A program made the position numbers and the translations under genes. The notes beneath the pieces were generated by a model. That model worked only from the letters and a program-made list of their open reading frames with translations, was not told where the DNA came from and ran no database searches. Positions 57,528 through 64,000 of a DNA stretch of 64,000 nucleotides are shown piece after piece. Origin of the DNA: an uncultured Clostridia bacterium (GTDB lineage: Bacteria; Bacillota; Clostridia; TANB77; CAG-508). Where the stretch lies: positions 2,624-66,623 of the forward strand of contig CAKPLQ010000001.1 in assembly GCA_934167685.1 (NCBI GenBank), in the 5' to 3' direction. How positions within the stretch are numbered: position 1 is the stretch's first letter; each line of letters opens with the position of its first letter.

Positions 57528-58886
57528 ATGAGAAAATACTTTGGAACAGATGGGATTCGTAGAATTGCTAATACAGAATTATCACCTGAGTTGGTATATA
57601 GAGTTGCAAAAGCAGGAGCATATGTGTTGTCAAAACATACTAATAAAGCTCCAACGATATTGATAGGAAGAGATACACGTCTTTCTGGAACTTTGATAGA
57701 GAGTGCTATGGTTGCTGGTTTTTTGAGCTATGGTGCTAATGTAAAATTGTTGGAGGTTATTCCAACACCGGGAGTTGCTTATTTAACAAGAAAACTTCAA
57801 GCAGATGCAAGTGTTGTAATATCAGCATCTCATAATACATTTGAATTTAATGGAATAAAATATTTTAGCAATAAGGGAATGAAAATTCCTGATAGTATAG
57901 AAGAAGAAATTGAAGATGTTATGGACTCTGGCAAGCTAGATGAACTAACTGCAGTAAGTGAAAAAATAGGCGTGTCTGAAATAAGAACTGATTTATTAGA
58001 TGAATATGTATACTTTTTTAGAAAGAATTTTGATGATAATATTGCTAAGTTTAATAGACCAGATTTTAAAGTTGTAATTGATACTGCAAATGGTGCGACA
58101 TATAAAGTGGCTGAAAAGGTATTTTCAATTCTTGGTATAAACCATGTAATAATAAATAACCATCCTAATGGTATTAATATTAATGATGGATGTGGTTCAA
58201 CACATCTTGAGATGTTAAAGGACTATGTTGTAAAAAACAAAATGAGTCTTGGAATTGCTTATGATGGTGATGGAGATAGATGTTTGGCTGTTGATGAAAA
58301 TGGTGAAGAAATTGATGGAGATAAATTGTTGGCTATTATTTCTAATTATTTAAAGAAACAAGGCAAACTTAATAAAGATACTATAGTTGCTACAGTTATG
58401 AGTAATTTAGGATTAAATAAATATGCTGAAAAAGAAGGATTGAATTTTATTCAGACAAAAGTTGGAGATAGATATGTTTTAGAAGAAATGCTTAAAAATG
58501 GCTATAATCTAGGCGGGGAACAATCTGGACACGTAATATTATTGGATTATAATCCTACAGGAGATGGAATTTTGACTTCATTGATGCTTATTCAAGCTAT
58601 ATTAAAAAGTGGAAAAAAGGCTTCAGAATTAGGTGGAATGGTGCAAAAATATCCTCAGGTTTTAGTTAATGCAAAGGTAGATTCTGATAAAAAATATGCT
58701 TATAAAGATGATGCGGAAATTCAAAAAGCAATTGAGGAATTAGAAAAAGAATTTTCTGGAAATGGTAGAGTTTTGATTAGACCTTCTGGAACAGAGCCTC
58801 TTGTAAGAGTTATGATTGAAGGAAAAGATGAAAAAGTTATAGAACAAAAAGCAAGAAAAATTGCAGATATGATAGAAAAACAGTAA
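57528..58886 (+). CDS. glmM: phosphoglucosamine mutase
   Basis: MRKYFGTDGIRR..., the active-site segment SASHNTFEFNGIKYF (phospho-Ser loop), and a Mg site at AYDGDGDRC. Confidence 0.9.
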   Translation: MRKYFGTDGIRRIANTELSPELVYRVAKAGAYVLSKHTNKAPTILIGRDTRLSGTLIESAMVAGFLSYGANVKLLEVIPTPGVAYLTRKLQADASVVISASHNTFEFNGIKYFSNKGMKIPDSIEEEIEDVMDSGKLDELTAVSEKIGVSEIRTDLLDEYVYFFRKNFDDNIAKFNRPDFKVVIDTANGATYKVAEKVFSILGINHVIINNHPNGININDGCGSTHLEMLKDYVVKNKMSLGIAYDGDGDRCLAVDENGEEIDGDKLLAIISNYLKKQGKLNKDTIVATVMSNLGLNKYAEKEGLNFIQTKVGDRYVLEEMLKNGYNLGGEQSGHVILLDYNPTGDGILTSLMLIQAILKSGKKASELGGMVQKYPQVLVNAKVDSDKKYAYKDDAEIQKAIEELEKEFSGNGRVLIRPSGTEPLVRVMIEGKDEKVIEQKARKIADMIEKQ

Positions 58887-59015
58887 TTTACATAACTTGA
58901 CAAAATTGATAAATATTTGTATAATAAAATTATTGTTTAGTTATATGGTTCAGAAATAATTTTAGAATCAATTAAACAACTAACATCTTTTAGTTATTTT
59001 TAACGGAGGAGAAAA

Positions 59016-59687
59016 ATGGAACAGTTGCTTAAGAAAAAAGAAGAAACCTATTGGAACAAAAATAATGTGAAACTTGTGGGAACAATAGAGGAAGATTTGG
59101 AATTCGATAATAGAGTTCAAAGAATCGATTTCTATATGACCAAAATAAAAGTTACACGGAAGAGTGGGAAAATTGACCATATACCACTTATGATTTCTGA
59201 AGAATTACTGAAAAATAGAAATATACAAAAAAGTGAATTAAAAGATAAGAAAGTGTGTATTTATGGGCAGTTTAGAACCTATGACAAAAATATTCCAGAT
59301 GGGCAGTTTTTTGTAAAAATGTATGTGTTTGTAAATAAAATACATTTTTGTGATTTTGATATAATTGTAGATAACAATATAACTACAATTGATGGTTATA
59401 TCTGCAAAAAGCCAATTTTTCGGATTACTTCTTTAAGTAAGTCTAAAATAACTCAGTTATTAATAGCTGTAAATAGGAAAAATGATTCAGTAGATTATGT
59501 TCCATGCATCGCATGGAGTAAGATTGCAGAACGATCTTCAAAATTAAAGATAGGAACTCATGTTATTTGCAAAGGAAGATTACAGAGTAGAAAATATCCC
59601 AAGAAAAAGATGGATGAAGATGGAAATGTAATTGTAGAATGGAAGGAGACATATGAGATGTCGATTGTGAAAATTCATGAGGACTAG
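59016..59687 (+). CDS. hypothetical protein (possible OB-fold / SSB-like)
   Basis: 223 aa. The stretch NVKLVGTIEEDLEFDNRVQRIDFYMTKIKVTRKSGKIDHIPLMISEEL loosely resembles an SSB-type OB fold. RBS GGAGGAGAAAAATG. Confidence 0.35.
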   Translation: MEQLLKKKEETYWNKNNVKLVGTIEEDLEFDNRVQRIDFYMTKIKVTRKSGKIDHIPLMISEELLKNRNIQKSELKDKKVCIYGQFRTYDKNIPDGQFFVKMYVFVNKIHFCDFDIIVDNNITTIDGYICKKPIFRITSLSKSKITQLLIAVNRKNDSVDYVPCIAWSKIAERSSKLKIGTHVICKGRLQSRKYPKKKMDEDGNVIVEWKETYEMSIVKIHED

Positions 59688-59800
59688 GTAAGTGTAGAAT
59701 TTTATAAAAAATAACTAAAAGGTGGGGAGGAACATGTGAAATGTTCCTCTTGCTTTTTTTTATAAAAGATGTTAAAATACCAACAGAAAGAAGGATGATT

Positions 59801-60706
59801 ATGGGATTTTTTGATAAATTAAAACAAGGATTAAATAAAACAAAAGAATCAATAAATGAAAAAATAAATGATGTATTTAGTAATTTCAGAAAAGTAGATG
59901 AAGACTTTTTAGAAGAACTAGAAGAAGCTTTGATAATGTCAGACATAGGAATAGAAACATCAACAAAAATAATTTCTAATTTAAGAGAAAGAATGAAAAA
60001 AGAAAAAATAGAAGATGAAGAGCAAGTAAAAGAAGCATTAAGAGAAGAAATTGCGCAAATTTTAGAGATTTCAGATAATTCATTAAAATTAGAAACAAAA
60101 CCATCAGTAATTCTAGTAATAGGAGTAAATGGAGTAGGAAAAACAACATCAATAGGAAAAATGGCCGCAAGACTATCAAGAGATGGCAAAAAAGTAGTTG
60201 TTGCAGCAGCAGATACATTTAGAGCAGCTGCAGTAGAACAATTAGAAATTTGGGCTAAAAGAGCCGGAGCAGAAATTGTTAAAAGGGAAGAAGGAATAGA
60301 CCCTGCATCAGTAGTATATGATGCTATAGCGAAAACTAGAGAACTAGGGGCTGACATATTAATATGTGATACAGCAGGAAGATTGCATAACAAGAAATAC
60401 TTAATGGACGAGTTAAATAAAATCCAAAAAGTAATAAATAAAGAAATGCCAGAAGCATCAAAAGAAGTATTATTAGTAATAGATGCAGGAACTGGACAAA
60501 ATGCAATATCACAAGTAAAAGCATTTAAAGAACAAGCTGATATTACAGGTATAGTATTGACAAAATTAGATGGAACTGCAAAAGGAGGAGCTGTAATAGG
60601 GATTGTAGAGGAAAACCAAATACCTGTTAAATTCATAGGAGTTGGGGAACAAATAGATGATATGGAGATTTTCAACTCAAAAGATTTTGCAAAGGCAATT
60701 ATTTAG
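59801..60706 (+). CDS. ftsY: signal recognition particle receptor FtsY
   Basis: NG domain with VILVIGVNGVGKTTSIGKMA (G1), DTAGR (G3) and TKLDGTAKGG (G4). The short N-terminus is typical of Firmicutes. Start chosen at MGFFDKL after GAAGGA. Confidence 0.9.
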   Translation: MGFFDKLKQGLNKTKESINEKINDVFSNFRKVDEDFLEELEEALIMSDIGIETSTKIISNLRERMKKEKIEDEEQVKEALREEIAQILEISDNSLKLETKPSVILVIGVNGVGKTTSIGKMAARLSRDGKKVVVAAADTFRAAAVEQLEIWAKRAGAEIVKREEGIDPASVVYDAIAKTRELGADILICDTAGRLHNKKYLMDELNKIQKVINKEMPEASKEVLLVIDAGTGQNAISQVKAFKEQADITGIVLTKLDGTAKGGAVIGIVEENQIPVKFIGVGEQIDDMEIFNSKDFAKAII

Positions 60707-60781
60707 TGCACCGATGGGACCGGTTCTTAACGGTGCAGTATACATAAAAATGCACCGCTAAGAACCGGTCCCATCGGTGCA
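60707..60781. repeat. palindromic repeat element copy E (hairpin dimer) immediately after the ftsY stop
   Basis: TGCACCGATGGGACCGGTTCTTAACGGTGCA, the loop gtatacataaaaa, then TGCACCGCTAAGAACCGGTCCCATCGGTGCA. The loop is nearly identical to that of copy A. Confidence 0.85.
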
Positions 60782-60806
60782 GATGTGCCAAAAAAAGGAG
60801 AAAATA

Positions 60807-63527
60807 ATGGATACAAACAAATTTAGAATTAGTAAAAAAATGAGAGCAATAATTGTAATAGTATTTATTGCAATATATGCACTAGGTACATATATATCTT
60901 TAAGAGGACAATATTTAGAATATGTAGAATTGGGAGAACAGTATGTTCAAAAATTTTTTACAGACATAAAATATAAATATTCTATTATGGGAATAAGTTT
61001 TATATTATTAAGTATAATTTTCTATTTTACTAATAGAGGTATCAAAAAAGGGCTTAAACCATTTTTTGAACAAGAAAAAAGAGAAGTGCCAAAACTTCCT
61101 AATAAGTCAATAACACTTATAATTGCTGCAATTGCAAGTGTCATTATATCAAATCATTTGTTAGATAAAGTTTTGTTATTTGTAAGCAATGCATCTTTTG
61201 GAAAAACTGATATAATATTTAATTTAGATATTTCATATTATATGTTTATTAAGCCATTAGTTGAAACACTAATAAATTATTTTGTTACTTTAATGATTGC
61301 CGCAAGTGCTTATATGGCAGGATATTATATAATAATATTTAATTTATATTTTAAAGCTGTTGATAGAGAGTTGCTAGCCAAAAGTAAACTTATCAAAAAA
61401 TTATTAAGAAATGCTATTATTTTAGCTATAGGTGTTGGAGTGCAAACTGCTTTAAATACACAAAATATAGTAACAGGAAAGTTCTTGACACTAAGTAATG
61501 AAACTGAATTGACTGGAGCTGGAATTGTAGAATCAACTATTCAATTATATGGATATTTAATACTGGCTGTAGTTATTGTGATTTCCGTAATATTAGCTGT
61601 TAAGTATTTTGTGCAAAAGAAAAATAAAAAGATTGTATATCCAGTTGTGGCAATTCCTATATATTTAGTTGTTTTATTTTTAGTGATGGTTGGGTATGAT
61701 TTGATATTTGTTAAATCAAATGAATTTGATAAAGAGCGTAAATTTATATCAGAAAACATCAAGTCTACGCAGGAGGCTTATAATATAAATGCAGAAGAGA
61801 CAAGTGCAGACTATACTGGAACAATAAAAGAAAATGAAGTTGATGAGAATACTGATGTTATCAATAATATAACAATTGTAAACAAAGATTTAGTTCAAAA
61901 AAGTTTGAAAGATACACAAACAGAGACAGGATATTATACTTATAATAATGTATCTTTGGCTCAATATGAAATTGAAGGGAAGAAGCAATTGGTATATGTT
62001 GCACCAAGAGAAGCAGAAAATAATACAATATCATATAATAACAAGACTTATGAATATACTCATGGAATGGGACAAATTGTAGCTTCTGCAACATCTGTAA
62101 CAGAGGATGGAAATGTTGAATATTTACAAAAAGATATTGGTGGAGCTGATAATATTTATCAGATAACTCAACCTAGAATATATTATGGTGTTGAAACAAA
62201 TAGTGTTGCAGTAACAAACACTAAAAATAAATCAGAATATGATTATACAGATAATAGCGGAATAGAACATGTAAATAATTATGATGGAAATTCTGGTATT
62301 CAAGTAGGATTTTTCGATAGACTAATTTTAGCTATAAAAAATAAAGATATTAGACTTGCAATGGCAACATCAGTTTCTGAAGAAAGTAAAATTTTGACAA
62401 ATAGAAATATAATCAAAAGAGCCAAAGCAGTATTGCCAAACTTAATATATGATGAAAATCCGTATACTGTAATAAATGATGGTCAAATATATTGGGTGCT
62501 AGATGCTTATACAATATCTGATAAATATCCATATTCAACATACACAGAAATTGAATATGATGGAGCAAAACGTAGTATAAATTATATAAGAAATTCAGTA
62601 AAAGTTATTATAAATGCATACAATGGAGAAATGACATTTTATATAACAGATAGAAATGACCCTGTAATAATGGCATATTATAAATTGTATCCAACAATAT
62701 TTGCTGATTATGCAGGAAAAGAAATTCCAGAAGGAATAAAAGAACAATTAAAATATCCTAAATTTTTATATGAAATTCAGTCAGAAATGCTTATGGTATA
62801 CCATAATGTAAAAGAAGATGTATTATATAGAAATAGTGACATTTGGGCGTTACCTAAATATGGAACTGCAACGTCAAAAACTAAAACAGCAACATTGAAC
62901 CCATATTATGCCATGGTAAAAAATCCTAATAGCGATAAAGCAGAATTTGGTTTAGTGCAAATGTATACACAAGATACAAAATCAAATATTATTTCTTATC
63001 TTGTTGGAACATGCAATGGAACAGAATGTAAGCTAAAAATTTATAAATATCCAACAGATAGTAATATTTTAGGGCCAACTCAATTAGATAATCAAATAGA
63101 ACAAGATGAGACTATTTCTGCAGAATTATCTGCAATAAATGTTACAGGAAGTAAGATTTCGAAAGATATGAAAATAATACCTATAAATAATACTGTTCTG
63201 TATGTAGAGACAATTTATCAAACAATGGCAAATGAACCAAATCAACCAACAACTTTGAAAAAGGTTATTGTTGCATCTGGAACCAAAGTTGCAATAGGAG
63301 ATACTTTAAGTGAAGCTATTGCAAATTTATTATCACAATCAGCAGTAAGTATTGATGTAAATAATACTGAAGATATTGATGGGATGATACAGGCGATAAT
63401 AGATGCTAACAAAAATTTAACTGAATCTAATGATAGAAATGACTGGGAAATGATGGGCTCAGATTTGAAAAAATTGCAAGAGTTAATTGAGTCTTTAGAT
63501 AAGATGGTAAAAGAAGAAAATAAATAA
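60807..63527 (+). CDS. UPF0182-family large polytopic membrane protein
   Basis: About 900 aa. About seven N-terminal transmembrane helices are followed by a large extracytoplasmic domain. The size and architecture match UPF0182 proteins of Clostridia and Actinobacteria. Start chosen after AAAAAAGGAGAAAATAATG. Confidence 0.55.
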   Translation: MDTNKFRISKKMRAIIVIVFIAIYALGTYISLRGQYLEYVELGEQYVQKFFTDIKYKYSIMGISFILLSIIFYFTNRGIKKGLKPFFEQEKREVPKLPNKSITLIIAAIASVIISNHLLDKVLLFVSNASFGKTDIIFNLDISYYMFIKPLVETLINYFVTLMIAASAYMAGYYIIIFNLYFKAVDRELLAKSKLIKKLLRNAIILAIGVGVQTALNTQNIVTGKFLTLSNETELTGAGIVESTIQLYGYLILAVVIVISVILAVKYFVQKKNKKIVYPVVAIPIYLVVLFLVMVGYDLIFVKSNEFDKERKFISENIKSTQEAYNINAEETSADYTGTIKENEVDENTDVINNITIVNKDLVQKSLKDTQTETGYYTYNNVSLAQYEIEGKKQLVYVAPREAENNTISYNNKTYEYTHGMGQIVASATSVTEDGNVEYLQKDIGGADNIYQITQPRIYYGVETNSVAVTNTKNKSEYDYTDNSGIEHVNNYDGNSGIQVGFFDRLILAIKNKDIRLAMATSVSEESKILTNRNIIKRAKAVLPNLIYDENPYTVINDGQIYWVLDAYTISDKYPYSTYTEIEYDGAKRSINYIRNSVKVIINAYNGEMTFYITDRNDPVIMAYYKLYPTIFADYAGKEIPEGIKEQLKYPKFLYEIQSEMLMVYHNVKEDVLYRNSDIWALPKYGTATSKTKTATLNPYYAMVKNPNSDKAEFGLVQMYTQDTKSNIISYLVGTCNGTECKLKIYKYPTDSNILGPTQLDNQIEQDETISAELSAINVTGSKISKDMKIIPINNTVLYVETIYQTMANEPNQPTTLKKVIVASGTKVAIGDTLSEAIANLLSQSAVSIDVNNTEDIDGMIQAIIDANKNLTESNDRNDWEMMGSDLKKLQELIESLDKMVKEENK

Positions 63528-63539
63528 ATTTATGAATAA

Positions 63540-63572
63540 CAGAGTGGTTGCAAAATCCCTCTGTTTTTTCAT
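63540..63572 (+). terminator. rho-independent terminator
   Basis: AACAGAGTGGTTGCAAAATCCCTCTGTTTTTTCA. Confidence 0.5.
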
Positions 63573-63662
63573 GGAAAACCCTTGTAAAAATAATATAATT
63601 AGTGTAAAATAAAGTCAAAATGTAAATAATAAAAAAGAAGCAGAAAGAAATGAGGTAAAACA

Positions 63663-64000
63663 AATGAGATTTGTAACAGATGAGGAAAGTAAAAAAAAAT
63701 ATAAAGAATTTTTAGAAAGCCATGAGAGGTGCAATTTTCAACAATCACCAGAATGGGCGAAAGTAAAATCGAACTGGACAAATGAAGTTGTATTAGCAGA
63801 AGATGAAAATGGAAAAATAATAGGAGCAGTAAGTGTATTAATAAGAAAAATACCAATTTTCGGAAATATAATGTATTCATCAAGAGGACCAACATGTGAC
63901 ATACATGATATAGCTGTAATGAAGCAATTAACAGATGGAATTAAAGAATTAGCAAAAAAATATAATGCAATAGTATATAAGGCTGAACCAGATATATTAA
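63663..64000 (+). CDS. FemAB-family peptidoglycan interpeptide-bridge aminoacyltransferase (5' partial; continues beyond the window)
   Basis: MRFVTDEESKKKYKEFLESHERCNFQQSPEWAKVKSNWTNEVVLAEDENGKIIGAVSVLIRKIPIFGNIMYSSRGP matches the FemAB/FemX N-terminal region. The ORF is open at the window end. Confidence 0.7.

Noticed and set aside
59563-60675. 370-aa minus-strand ORF antisense to ftsY
   Set aside because: It is fully contained in the FtsY coding region, which has unmistakable SRP-GTPase motifs. Its Ser/Ile/Phe-rich low-complexity translation is typical of an antisense artefact.
56742-60806. ORF-track N-terminal extensions MHVWDRFSSVHF... (56742) and MQMCQKKEKI... (60777)
   Set aside because: These extensions are read-through of the palindromic repeat copies D and E. 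Good RBS-ATG pairs lie just downstream at 56796 and 60807, and those were used.

Overview
The window is low-GC (~28%) chromosomal DNA from an endospore-forming Firmicute, most likely a Clostridium-like organism: it carries spoVT, an alpha/beta-type SASP gene, a spoIVB-like peptidase, a long-form hpf and a UPF0182 membrane protein. From start to end it contains:

- **ssrA region (772-1124, minus strand):** the tmRNA gene with a sigma-A promoter, flanked by two hypothetical genes.
- **Housekeeping block:** spoVT, mutS2 and hpf.
- **Surface-glycan island (~6.5-37.1 kb):** two complete Wzx/Wzy-type polysaccharide gene sets in tandem.
  - Module A (6531-21411) has a PglF-like 4,6-dehydratase, a DegT-like aminotransferase and a PglC-like priming transferase. 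It also has GT2 and GT4 transferases, two TupA-like ATP-grasp proteins, an O-acetyltransferase, Wzy, Wzx, an epimerase and Ugd.
  - Module B (23577-36031) has a Wzz/tyrosine-kinase/PHP-phosphatase trio, a second priming transferase, GT2, GT2, GT11, GT4 and a Wzy/ligase-family protein. Its wzx is frameshifted, and it ends with a second epimerase and Ugd.
  - A sortase with an LAxTG-type substrate sits between the two modules, and an LCP-family ligase follows module B.
- **Convergent SASP gene and Cof-type hydrolase:** the hydrolase's 3' end is invaded by a repeat array.
- **Tad/Flp-like type IV filament locus (38883-49417), the main candidate for a novel system:** CpaB-like protein, two degenerate TadZ/ParA-like proteins, a membrane-anchored CpaF-like ATPase, a fused two-domain TadB/C platform, two small single-pass membrane proteins, and four paralogous Flp-like proteins. 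The Flp-like proteins start directly with MEN(A/V)xKALxIAAG, with no leader peptide and no prepilin peptidase gene. A spoIVB-like peptidase follows immediately.
- **Housekeeping block:** trmB, tRNA-Trp, an M23 peptidase, rqcH, a Gly T-box leader with glyQS, glmM, ftsY, a UPF0182 protein and a partial femAB-family gene.

A previously unrecognised 31-nt near-palindromic repeat family (TGCACCGTT-nAGAACCGGTCCC-AACGGTGCA, with an ACCGGT core) occurs at six or more sites, as monomers, hairpin dimers and a four-unit array, mostly right after stop codons.
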